DNA of 64,000 bases, the filler included, from Dirinaria sp. TL-2023a (lineage: Eukaryota), in the NCBI GenBank assembly GCA_051941275.1. It is 4 parts of 4 records of this genome, joined end to end, with 100 filler letters (N's around TTAATTAATTAA, not from the genome) between each part and the next. Parts side by side here need not be neighbours in the genome. Positions count along the whole stretch, not along the records: positions 1 to 16,705 come from JAVEBF010000474.1; positions 16,806 to 33,486 come from JAVEBF010000475.1; 2 more parts are not named here. One strand, written 5' to 3'. Of the stretch, positions 12,440 to 25,579 are shown piece after piece. Every line of letters starts with the position of its first letter. Position 1 is the first letter of the stretch. The notes below the pieces were generated by a model. The model had not been told where the DNA came from. It was given only the letters and a program-made list of their open reading frames with translations, and ran no database searches. A program made the position numbers and the translations under genes.

Positions 12440-15400
12440 TCAACCATCATGTACTTGTAACTTGTTCAGGTTACGTTCGATCATTTTCACTTTTGAATAA
12501 TGTGGATCTCTAAGTTTTGTAAAGTCATTCAGTGCTCGCTGATACATCTTCTCCGCCTCGATCAACTTGCCCTGATCAGCGTAAAGAAGACTCAAGTTGT
12601 TGACGATTGTGAGTGTCGATGTGTGCTCTGAACCTCATGCTTTCTTCTTTTCATTCAGTGCTCGCTGATACATCTTCTTCGCCTCGATCAGCTTGCCCTG
12701 ATTTCAGTAGAGAAGACTCAAGTTGTTGACGATGTCGAGAATCGATGTGTGCTCTCGATCTCATGCTTTCTCTCTTTCATTCAGTGCTCCCTGATACATC
12801 TTCTCCGCCTCGATCAGCTTGCTCTGATCAGCGTAAAGAATGCTCAAGTTGTTGACGATGTCGAGAATCGATGTGTGCTCTCGACATCATGCTTTTTTCT
12901 TTTCACTCAGTGCTCGCTGATACATCTTCTTCGCCTCGATCAGCTTGTTCTGATTCTTGTAAAGATTACTCAAGTTGTTGACGATTATGAGTGTCGATGT
13001 GTGCTCTTGATCTAATGCTTTCTTCTTTTCATCTAGTGCTCGCTGATACATTTTCTTCGCCTCGATCAGCTTGCCTTGATCAGCGTAGAGATTGTTCAAG
13101 TTGATGACGATGTCGAGTGTCGATGTGTGCTCTGAATCTCATCCTTTCTTCTTTTCATTCAAGACTCGCTGATACATCTTCTCCGTCTCGATCAGCTTGC
13201 TCTGATTCTTGTAAAGATTACTCAAGTTGTTGACGATGTCGAGAGTCGACGTGTGCTCTCGATCTCATGCTTTCTTTTTTTCATTCAGTGCTCGCTGATA
13301 CATCTTCTTCGCCTCGATCAGCTTGCTCTGATCAGCGTAAAGAAGATTCAAGTTGTTGACGATGTCGAGTGTCGATGTGTGCTCTGAATTTCATTCTTTC
13401 TTCTTTTCATTCAGTGCTCGCTGATACATCTTCTTCGCCTCGATCAGTTTGTTCTGATTTTTGTAGAGATTACTCAAGTTGTTGACGATGTCGAGAGTCG
13501 ATATGTGCTTCGAATTCAATGCTTTCTTCTTTTCATTCAATGCTCGCTGATACATCTTCTCCGCCTCGATCAGCTTGCTCTGATCAACGTAGAGAAGGCC
13601 CAAATTATGAAAAGCACCATTACAGTCTTCGTCTTCGATCTCATCGAGCTTCTCAGTAATGTGAAGCTGCTGCATACATCGATTGACGTGCGAAAACAAG
13701 CGTCGCTGCATCACTCAAAATGCTGACTCTGATTGCTCAGACACAGCATCTTCAACAACGATCAGAGCAAGTCTTATCAAATCAAGCTTGCCACAACTGA
13801 TCGACTCGATACATCAATCATGCACGATCGAATGCATGAAGTAGCTTTCGATGTCTTGATGCGACTCGATCAACGAGTAAACGAGCAGCCTTTTCATCAC
13901 TCTCTTAAATCTCAACTTCTGTCGAACAATATTTTGCAGTCAGTCTGAGTCTTTCGAGTCTCGACTGTCACGAGTCAGCAGCTCAAATCAGAGATCTTGA
14001 TGATCAAGATACGCTCATAACTGAAGAAGTTTCGTCGCTGCGAGATTCACTTGTCTGATACGATCGTATGAGATCGTTCATGTCGTCTGCACGCTGTCAT
14101 TCGCATAATCACGCATTCGAGACATCTCTGTCTGAAGTGCGAATCATGATGTTTCGTACAATCTAAGATAACTCTGACAGCTCGTCCTCGTTCTCTGCAT
14201 GTATCGATCGATCTGAACGATGACTAGCGAAAGCTCTTTCAGTCTGATCACGAGAATGTTCATCTCTGCGTATTTCTTAGTTCAGATAATCAGAACGAAG
14301 ATCAAAGCACGTGATTATCTGACGTAGACAGACATGCTTGTACGTTATTTCTGACAATCTGACGTTCTTGTTCTTGATCAACACTCGTCATTTTCGTCGT
14401 CGACTCATGTTCTTCAAGATGAGGAAGTCTTGTAATGATCAGAACGAAGTCATGATTATTGACGAAAAAGAAGAACTCGATGTCATAAACTTATTGATCT
14501 TTCGTCTTCGTCTGATAATCTCGATCAACGTTGTCAAAAACTAGAAATCATCGATGATTGTCGTCACGCGCGAGTCATCGAAGAACAGCATTCGTCTTCT
14601 CTCACAATTTCTGATCGTGTTCGATAGCGCTGATCGTCGACTCTCGTGTGTTGTCGATCTCTGTATCTTTTGCAAATGTCGCAAGACTCTGCACAAGCGT
14701 ATCTCGACTGTTGCCGTTTAGTTATAGAATCGCATTATATCTCTTCTGATATTTGCGAGCATATGCGATGACTAGCTGCGTCTTGTCAATGTCGTCGAGA
14801 TCGTGAAAAACGTGAATTCGTCGCTGATCTCGCGCATTCGACGAAAGTAATGATCGTTCGATCGATCTCATCTTCTGATCTCGATCGACAAAGTTATCAG
14901 TAATCGACAGATCAGTAAGACGAAACGGCACGCGAAAACTATTCTGTTCAGAGAAACAATGTTTTATAAAACAATACTGCTTAGAAATCGAGTATCGTCT
15001 GTTGAGAGAAGTGATTTCATATCTCTCGCACTATCTATCTTGATTTCGAGTCGTGATAAGGTCTGACGACTGCTCGATCATCTTTTCGATCATCTCGCAT
15101 ATCGTCTGAAAGTCCTTTTTCTTCGATCGTTCGAACTTGTTCATACTGAAATGATTTCGCGATAAAGAGTATTTTTTCGTTGACTCGCTCTGATCTAGAC
15201 AGTCAGAAGTCTCGTCGATCACAAATTTCTTTCTTCTCGATCAGTCTCGCGCTCTTTTTGAATCTCTCTCACTTATCTGAATTCGAATCTCGCGAAGAAT
15301 GACGCTCACATTGCTCGATTTCTGCTCGAAGAAACAGATTATCTGAGTCTTGTCTTCGTCTCGCCTTGTCTCGAAGAAGTATGCTGTCAGATCTATCAAA

Positions 15401-16153
15401 CTCTCGTTGTCAGAAAATAAAATGTTCAGCATCGCTCTCTGCATTTGATCTTCGACGTATTGACTCTGAGCAGCCCGAAGCATCTCTCTCTGATTCAGCT
15501 TCTCTGCGCCTCGAAATGATGTCTCGAAGAACATCATGTCTGTTATAGACTTGAAGATCTCAGATCATTTGATGTCGAAACGCTGCGCATCGATCATCGT
15601 CTAAGCGCTGTCAGCGTGACATCGTCGCTTCTAGCTGAATATCTTACTCGTAGAACGATCAGATCATCAAAGCAGTGTGCGATGAACAGCAGAGAACGAA
15701 GAGAATCAGTCTGTCGACTTGTAAGCATCACTGAGACATGTCATTTGTCAGTCGAGTCATACTTTTCGAGCTCGTCGAAGACTCAGAAGAAGACGCTGAG
15801 CTACTGTCGAAATCTTCTGACTGATAGTCTCGTTCTCGAATCACTGCGACTGATATTCATATCTCATGATTCGAGCATTCGAAACTATCGCCGACAGCAT
15901 GTGTCGATTCTTAAATCAATTTACATATTTCTTCGACGAGCCGTCTGTGTCGATTCTCTTACATCAGATGTCATCCGAATGAGCGTCAATCCCGTGAATA
16001 GCGACAATGCTGAAGCAAGACTGTCAGCGCCGACGAGATGAAATGCTCGAGAAGAGTATTGAAGTCATACTTCACCGACGATGTAGAAGTCGCGCTCTGA
16101 GCGTTCGAAGAAGGCTCGTAAAGAACCTTGATCCCGATGTCGTCGTTCGTCAT
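12440..16153 (-). pseudogene. Fungal NLR pseudogene: SesB-like alpha/beta-hydrolase - NB-ARC - TPR repeats
   Basis: Decayed motifs: IVAIHGIDAHSDD (HGIGAHPDD), NARIMRYEY, FIAHCFDDL (AHCFGGL), FFETSFRGA, NFVDRD, P-loop HDLDDIDKTQL (HGLGGIGKTQL), Walker B FLVFDNVD, then TPRs of the YQRAL.G.EKAWGPEHTSTLDTVNNLG type. Many premature TGA stops. Confidence 0.9.
12520..13610 (-). repeat. Tandem array of ~9 x 126-bp (42-aa) highly similar TPR-coding repeats
   Basis: The word GCTCGCTGATACAT or a one-mismatch variant recurs at ~12534, 12660, 12786, 12912, 13038, 13164, 13290, 13416 and 13542, a spacing of 126 bp. Confidence 0.92.
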
Positions 16154-16705
16154 CACTCGCATCTAGGTCTCATCAACCGCCGTCTGTCTAGTCTCGATTG
16201 TGCACTTATCATGATGAAGCGCAATCTAGAGGCGTCGGCGAGTAAGACCAACACAAGCAACCGTATAAAATTTGTATTGATCTGTAAAGGTTGAGTAGAC
16301 TTAGATCAATATCTGGGAAACTAATCAGATCGAGTTTAGTATCCGTGTGTCACGATTATGTCATCTTATCTCGGCACTCTTAGCTAATTAGATATAGCGC
16401 CTCGCCTTAGCTCAGCGAACCCACATACTGGTTCCATTGTACATATCCTCTTCCTCTATAGCTAATTTCCTTCTCAAGCTATGACAAGCTGGGCCTATGG
16501 CTCGAAAGGGGTTTCTGGGAGGGGTTCCGGGAGTGTAGGCCCAACCGCAGGACTAGCTAATTTCACAAATTTCCTTCACAGATTGTGATCTGCACGTCTT
16601 GCGAAAATCGAGTAGAATTGTGTGGAGTTGTGTGATATAGTTTAATGTTCTGAATCTGAATGTCTTTATAATGATGCGAGAATCATAAACAAGAGCTGTA
16701 AGCGC

Positions 16706-16805
16706 NNNNNNNNNNNNNNNNNNNNNNNNNNNNNNNNNNNNNNNNNNNNTTAATTAATTAANNNNNNNNNNNNNNNNNNNNNNNNNNNNNNNNNNNNNNN
16801 NNNNN
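16706..16805. other. Artificial contig spacer (N44-TTAATTAATTAA-N44)
   Basis: 100-nt N-run with a six-frame stop linker; identical structure occurs three times. Confidence 0.97.
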
Positions 16806-16872
16806 TAGTAGATGACTACGAACCACCGAAGAGCTCAAATCCCAAAACTACCACTTGGATTCGAAGTCCTGA

Positions 16873-17051
16873 AGTAAGAGAATCGAGCATGGATCATGCA
16901 TAGAGGGGAGAAAAGTAAACAAAAATTTCCAAGTCCCGCACACACAGATGGTTAGATCTGCCGTCTAACCCTGAATTTTCCTAGGGTTCCGGGACTTGGT
17001 CACAAAGAAAAGTCTTCCCTCTATGCATGACCCATGCTCGGTTCTCTTACT
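16873..17051. mobile_element. MITE-like foldback element, 179 bp, with 39-bp terminal inverted repeats
   Basis: Left arm AGTAAGAGAATCGAGCATGGATCATGCATAGAGGGGAGA (16873-16911) against the reverse complement of 17013-17051, AGTAAGAGAACCGAGCATGGGTCATGCATAGAGGGAAGA: 36/39 identical. Inner stems CCAAGTCCC/GGGACTTGG and GGTTAGA/TCTAACC. No clear TSD. Confidence 0.65.
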
Positions 17052-17772
17052 AGTTCGATAGGAACGATTCAATTGATGAACGTATCTAGGAACGCTACCG
17101 ACGTGACCGCTATCTGCAAATTATTTTGTCAAAATGATCTTTGACAGCTTAAAAATTAACTAGCAGCTCAAAAGAGAAAGACACCTTGACAGGCTCTTGA
17201 AACTTTGAAATATCTAAAAAATGTGGTATCTCATTCTCTAGTCGGGTGCGAGTTTTCAAGAACATCAGCAACTCGTCATAAAATTGTGTTGACGAAAAAA
17301 GATGAAAAATTGGTCTTTGCATCGAAGTGCCGCTGTCAGATAGACAAATCGTCAATTCTGAATTGATAAAATAGTAGGAAATCCTGAGGAGGAACCATGC
17401 ACAGAGAAGAAGAAATGGAGTAATGAACTGATTGAATTAGCACCGGATTTTGCAGGGCCATGGGATGGGAACATTCATCTGACTGATATGTGGTCAGAAT
17501 ATCGCTACTCTCTACTCAAAAGAACAAACGGTTCTCCGAACCTCAGTGCTTACTTTTGTTCGGCGCCTTCTACAGAGAAGGGTTTTAGAGTTGAGTACAC
17601 CCTACTTTTTCTCAAAAGCTACGATACCTTACCTAGAGAGCTTAGGTAACATATTCGTGCATCTAACCCTTATCGATAAGATAGCTTTGACTTCAATATT
17701 GGAACGCACAGCACGAAATTCTTCGATTATTTCTGACAATTAACCTCCTTCTGTAACGGAGCTCCGGCTTCA

Positions 17773-19300
17773 ATGGCTTCTGACCTAGGCCTCACAGATA
17801 ATGTGCGGCCAACTCAAGTCAGATTACAATTGAGGTCTCGCGACTCAGACATTTCATTACCGGAGAATACGGGGCCTATACTAGTGAATACAAGTACTTG
17901 GTCCAGTATACGCGATTAGTTTGGAAGGACGTGTGCTAAGAGCCCGCCTAGACCTGCGTCGATATGCGTTGTCGACCTTAGTCAATACTCTCCTTCAGAC
18001 GGAAAAGCCTATACCTCTGGAGTTCCTGGTCAATGGTACCTTTCTCCGGACGTCCCTTGACGAATATCTTATATCCAACGGCATATCTGCTGAGACAGCC
18101 CTTACCGTCGAATATGTCCGTGCGATTGTACCTCCGCTTTACCTTGCTTCCTTCGAGCATGACGCTTGGGTGAGCTCTGTGGACGTGCTTTCATCAACGT
18201 CTACTGCGGCCAAACGGCGAGAGAATGCAGCCATCTCTCTTTCTGGCAGCGAGAGGATAGTATCAGGTAGTTTTGATGGGCTGCTCCGAGTATGGAATCT
18301 GTCATCTGAAGTTTTGGCCACATCAGCGGGAAGCAACAATCCACCTGTCAGGACGGCGAAATTTCTTTCCCCTTCACAAATTGCTTCCGCGGGAGACGAC
18401 TGTACTGTTCGAATATGGAACTACGCAGAAGAGGTAAACTCTCGTGTGGGGTCTCTTGTATCTAAGCTAGAGCTTCTTGGTCATGAACGGTACGTCAATG
18501 ATGTGGCCGTTCATCAATCCTCGAATCGCATCCTTTCGGGATCAGCGGATTGCTCTGTGGGACTGTGGTCCATGAAAAAATCAGATGCCCCAGCAGCGCC
18601 GACATCCCGCCCACCCTCTACCGCGTCCAGTAATAAGCGTCGAAAGCTCAGCAATGCAAATCAAGTCCCTCAACGCGGGCCACTGTCCATGATGAAAGGA
18701 CATGCCGACTGTGTTTCAGCGACCATGTTCGCTCCAAGTGATCCTACTGTCGCATACTCCACTTCTTGGGACCATACTCTCAAGACCTGGGATTTACCCA
18801 CTGCTTCCGTCGTTGATACGAGGACCACTTCGGCGTCCTTGTTCTCCTTGGCTTCACTATCAGCCCTGAACCTTGTAGCTACTGGAAGCTCGGATAAGTT
18901 CATTGCCCTGATCGATCCTCGCGCATCGGCGACTACAGTCACTGCGATGACTCTGAGGGGTCACACCAATAGTGTAGTGAGTCTGGCACCGGACCCGGCC
19001 AGCTCGTACGCCCTAGTGAGCGGCAGCCATGATGGAACATGTCGGGTGTGGGATGTCCGATCTGCAAGTAGTGAAAGGGAGGGCAGAGTGGGAAAAAGCA
19101 TCTATACTATCACAAGAGAGTCTGCGAAAGGCGAGAAGAGGGCACGTGCCGGTGGAGAAGGAAGCAAAGTATTTGATGTTGTGTGGGATGCAGATGTGGG
19201 GATCGTGAGCGCCTCAGAGGACAAGAGAGTACAGATCAACCAGGGCAAAGGGGTGACTAGTGAGAGCAATGATACCCAGGATGTGAAAATCCTTCAATGA
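17773..19300 (+). CDS. YTM1: Ribosome biogenesis WD40 protein Ytm1/WDR12 (one intron, ~17894-17950)
   Basis: N-terminal NLE/ubiquitin-like domain (LRRYALSTLVNTLL...PIPLEFLVNGTFLRTSL...VEYVRA), FEHDAWVSSV, WD40 repeats, SASEDKRVQIN. Confidence 0.93.
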
Positions 19301-19494
19301 AGCATACTGTCAATAGATTTTGAATTCAGGTCATTGCAGGCAGATAGGTCGTTTGCTCCATCGGAAGCACAAAGTATCAAATTCTTCACCCGCCTAGCCA
19401 TTTGCTATGTTCAACGTACACCAGACAGCCGCCGCTAACGCCAACGCTATGCGCATTATAGATGAACCACCTCTGCGCGCCATCCCACCGGTCT

Positions 19495-19978
19495 CTATAT
19501 GTGTCGATCAAGCCGATTGAGCTTCTTCGCCGTCGCGATCTGGTTCCCCGTTCTCTGTCCCCTCACAGGCAGGCCCGCGGCGTGCCTCCTTCCCCTATAC
19601 GCCCCGATCTCGCGCAAAGTCTTGATATTGCCCTTGATCTGTCGCTTCAGATCGTTCTCGATCGTCAGGGTCGAGAGCTCCGCGTTCAGTCCCCGGGTCT
19701 GTTTGCTGGTCAAAGAGCTGACTTTGGCGGTGGGGTGGATGTAGTTGCGGGCCATGAGGCGTGCGGAGAGGTTGGGTCCTACGCCGTAGAAGGCTTCGAG
19801 ACAGGACTGTCGAAGGGGGGAATTAGTTTTTATGCTGCAGGGCGTCGAATGGGGGGAAGGGGATTGTTTTTTTTTTTTTACTTTGACAGAGCGAGTCTCG
19901 GCGAACGGGGTTGCGAAGATGATCTGCTCGTGGTTTAGTCGTGGTTTCGATATGGGATGGAAGAGGGTAAAGCACCAT
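19495..19978 (-). CDS. SWS2: Mitochondrial ribosomal protein uS13m (two introns)
   Basis: Spliced M|IIFATPFAETRSVK|SCLEAFYGVG..., with the S13 signature IGAYRGRRHAAGLPVRGQRT. Confidence 0.9.
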
Positions 19979-20216
19979 CTTGTTGTGCTGAGCTACTTCA
20001 GTCTCTGCGAGGAAATTGTACCTCAGTAAGATATGTACATATACAGGACTGTAGGTTGATTGACCTAGATGGTTGATCTGCACCAATGCTGGCGCTGCTT
20101 ACCTAATCCGCTAGCGCGGCTGTGAAACACCTTGCCTCTTGCATTGACAGGCTTGACAGGTTTCTTCAGCTCCTTGACGCAACATTCGGCCATTTGTGAT
20201 TGACAATCAGCATCAG

Positions 20217-21022
20217 ATGTTCATGAACATGGCGAACTTTCAGCGTCTCATCATATCCTTTCTTCTTATACTAACAGCTGCCTTCCTCTTCTTCGCCCAA
20301 TCTTCCCAAGCGGCCAAGGGACCTAAGATTACCCACAAGGTAGGACCAGTAACTCCAACTAGCTTTATTTAGTCAGGTCTTGACAATTCGAACAGGTCTA
20401 CTTCGATATCACTCATGGAGACGAGCCGATGGGAAGAATTGTAATTGGCCTCTACGGCAAGACCACTCCGAAGACGGCCGAGAATTTTCGGGCTCTAGCC
20501 ACAGGAGAGAAAGGCTTTGGTTATGAGGGTTCTACATTCCACAGAGTTATCAAGCAATTTATGATCCAAGGTGGTGACTTCACCAAGGGTGACGGTACAT
20601 CTATCCTCCCTGATCGCTCTAATCCACGGTGTTACTGACCTCGATGATGCAGGAACCGGTGGAAAGTCGATCTACGGGGCGAAATTCGCGGACGAGAACT
20701 TCAAGTTGAAGCACAGCAAGCCTGGAATGCTTAGCATGGCGAATTCGGGCGTAGATACCAATGGCTCCCAGTTCTTTATCACTACTGTGGTTACCAGGTA
20801 AGTATCCTGTCCTCACTCGTAATGGCACAACACTTATGATATCTTGGTAGTTGGCTTGATGGCAAGCACGTGGTTTTCGGAGAAGTTGTAGAAGGGATGG
20901 ATGTTGTTACAAAGATCGAAGACGTGCCGAAAGGCATGGGCGACAAGCCTTCCAAGACCGTTAAAATCGCCAAGAGCGGCGAATTGGAAGTGCCTGAAGA
21001 AGGTATTCATGCGGAGCTCTGA
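20217..21022 (+). CDS. cypB: ER cyclophilin B peptidyl-prolyl isomerase (signal peptide, three introns, C-terminal HAEL)
   Basis: Hydrophobic N-terminus then [56 protein letters not shown]; ends EEGIHAEL*. Confidence 0.92.
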
Positions 21023-21097
21023 TTTGGCTTCATCCCATCACCTTACTGTTGCATCCCTGACGCTCGGGAATCGCTGATGGTTGGGGCTCTCTTCAAG

Positions 21098-21291
21098 GTC
21101 CTACTGAATCCGCCGAGCCATTGGCAGCAGGGGACGAGCTAGGTGTGACTGCCTCTTCAATCCCTGTGGAACATAGTTCCGGGACTGGCATTTTATCGAA
21201 GCTGATCTTTTTCGGTATCATCATCGGCGCTGTTGCGGCCTTCTTGAGGACCCGGAAAAGCCCTGTTTTGACAGAGAAGAGTTTGGCTTGA
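21098..21291 (+). CDS. cypB: Predicted alternative last exon of cyclophilin B encoding a transmembrane anchor
   Basis: Donor G|GTATTC at 21003, CTGAT branch at ~21074 and AAG acceptor at 21097 give in-frame GPTESAEPLAAGDELGVTASSIPVEHSSGTGILSKLIFFGIIIGAVAAFLRTRKSPVLTEKSLA*. Confidence 0.65.
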
Positions 21292-22020
21292 ATTTGCTAT
21301 ACACGTGATGAAAACATGGGGTGGGAAATAATGTCAAACATGCTGTAGGCAAGCAATGCATCATGCATGTGATCCTTCGAACCATCTTACATGTACCTTA
21401 CATTACCTACTTTACCTTAGATGCCTCACTCTACTATTTCTACCCTGTGCCAGGTTTGTTTGATGTTGTTGCACCGTTCAAACACAGTGACAGCCCTGTC
21501 CCCTTGCCCTCCATCAGAAAGCGGTTTAGCGCACATGTAAGGCGGGTTCTTTTCGGTAAGTGTAGCCTGTACTCCGTACTTTAGGGAGGGTTTGGGAAAT
21601 TCTGACAAAATTTTGCCTCCGTCACTCTCTCCTGTGCACTCAAAATTCTCTGACCACCATTTCACTTCAACCCTCTCATTCCCTTTACACATCTTCCACT
21701 CTCCACAAGTAATAGTGCTCTTGACCCAACTGTCTTGCCTTGCTTGATCCTGAGCAAGGAGCAAGACGAGTTATCTTGAGCATCTAGTCGTGTTTTCCTT
21801 TGGCTGACTTTGCATTCTGCACGGATTAAGTCCTTTCCTGTCATTACTGAAGCACTCTTCTCCGGCAGAGTACTTTACATGCCAGGGCGTCTTTGTGAGT
21901 CACTATCTCATTACTGTTGCTGTTTCTCAGCACGTACATGTCAATTACCAGGCTGACTCAAGGTTATAGCCTACCTCACTACCAAACAAATAGCTGTGAT
22001 TCAGAAGCCGAGATTACATC

Positions 22021-24136
<2,116 letters not shown>

Positions 24137-25579
24137 AAAGGTCTGGTGCATACGCCTTGCTCTTCTCTGCTGGGACCCTTTCGAAAGTCTACGAGCAAGG
24201 CCTTTGGCTGACCAAGTCAGCCCTCAGCACCCCTGACGAATTTTCACAGTTGCTCTATTGCACACGGACTATTCAACTCTCTAGATTTTCTCGGAGCACT
24301 TTTACCTTGCGACACATGCGATTCTTTTCGGCATGCCGGATCTCGGATTGGTCACCTTACTCAACCAAGTCGTCATCTGCAAAGCACCAATTTCTTGCAG
24401 GACAGCGAAGATAGATAGCGTTGGCCTATGCCTTTCTACACCGCACTCGATAGCTCTGCTTCTGGCTTCTAGATGTCGTGGCAGGCTAAAATTGGCCAAG
24501 CGATCAAGATCGGCAACACAGCGTGGTGTCATTGGACGCGAGTGGTCTACAAACCCTACGACGTCTCACGTTGCGGTACCTCGACGACATTCCGGCATCA
24601 CTGCATCTTCATAGATTTTTCTCGATTTCAGCGATCTTTTGTCAGGCCGAGGCCTGATCGATTCCCCGGCATATCTTTGTCTAAAACGCCAATGCGAGTT
24701 AGCCTTTAGCGAACCTTCTCTACTCACATAGACTTGCATGGAGCCCTTCTGCCTTCTCGAGGCATCACTGGTTTACGGCTTCATAGCGATAGATGGGCAT
24801 GAAAGAGCGATTGGCGTTGTTAAGGGCACACTCTCGGCTGCTCACAACCCGCGCAGCTCAATCGTGCTCGATGATTTGGGAGGTTAGTACGCGCTTCTAT
24901 TGGCGGTCGATTCTGATGGTCAACGGCGGACCGGGATTCGGTCTGGGATGCCATCCATGATATGCATTGGATGGCATGCGAGTCTGGCAACCTAATAATG
25001 CTCTAGCTTTCCTAAAACAGAAAAGCAGAGAAACAGCATCTGTAGACCTTCAAGCTCAACTTATTCGTGCCAGATGAACTGCCCGTCAGTACTTGAATCA
25101 TGATCACGTGATATCAATGCAAGCTCATACTAAGCTCACATTTCTCTCGGCTAATATTAATTACACTTCTGATGGCATTTCAATCTGGCCATTGCCTGCT
25201 CTAAATTTGCGATGAGAGCGCAGACCAAGCGAGCCCGCCTCGGCCCCTGAGGTATGTTGAGAAATTACGTAATCCGGAATAGACACATCTAGGTAATCCG
25301 CGTAGGAATCGTACCCCTAATAATGATATGTAGAGGTAAAGCCCAGATTCCACAAACATATGTAGTTTCTCCTATTTTGATTTACACCGGCCAGCTTTCC
25401 AGTGACAGCAGCGGATTTACTAACGCCCTGATCGAATTTTTGTCTACTTGTCAACCTTTCTCGTCCTGGGATTATTGATGGGGTGAAATACTAGGGAGCT
25501 AGGAGATTATGAGCGTTCATTTGGATGCGACAATCATATCTAATCCTTTCGCCGCATTAGGAGATTGCCTGGGACTTCT

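Noticed and set aside
12520..13610. Regular repeat array that could be taken for CRISPR or a satellite
   Set aside because: The unit is 126 bp with no unique spacers and translates to TPR repeats of the NLR.
16750..16761. Palindromic TTAATTAATTAA recurring about every 16.7 kb (also 33531 and 50279)
   Set aside because: Artificial six-frame stop linker inside N-runs. The even spacing reflects contigs ordered by decreasing size (>=16705, 16681, 16648 bp), not biology.
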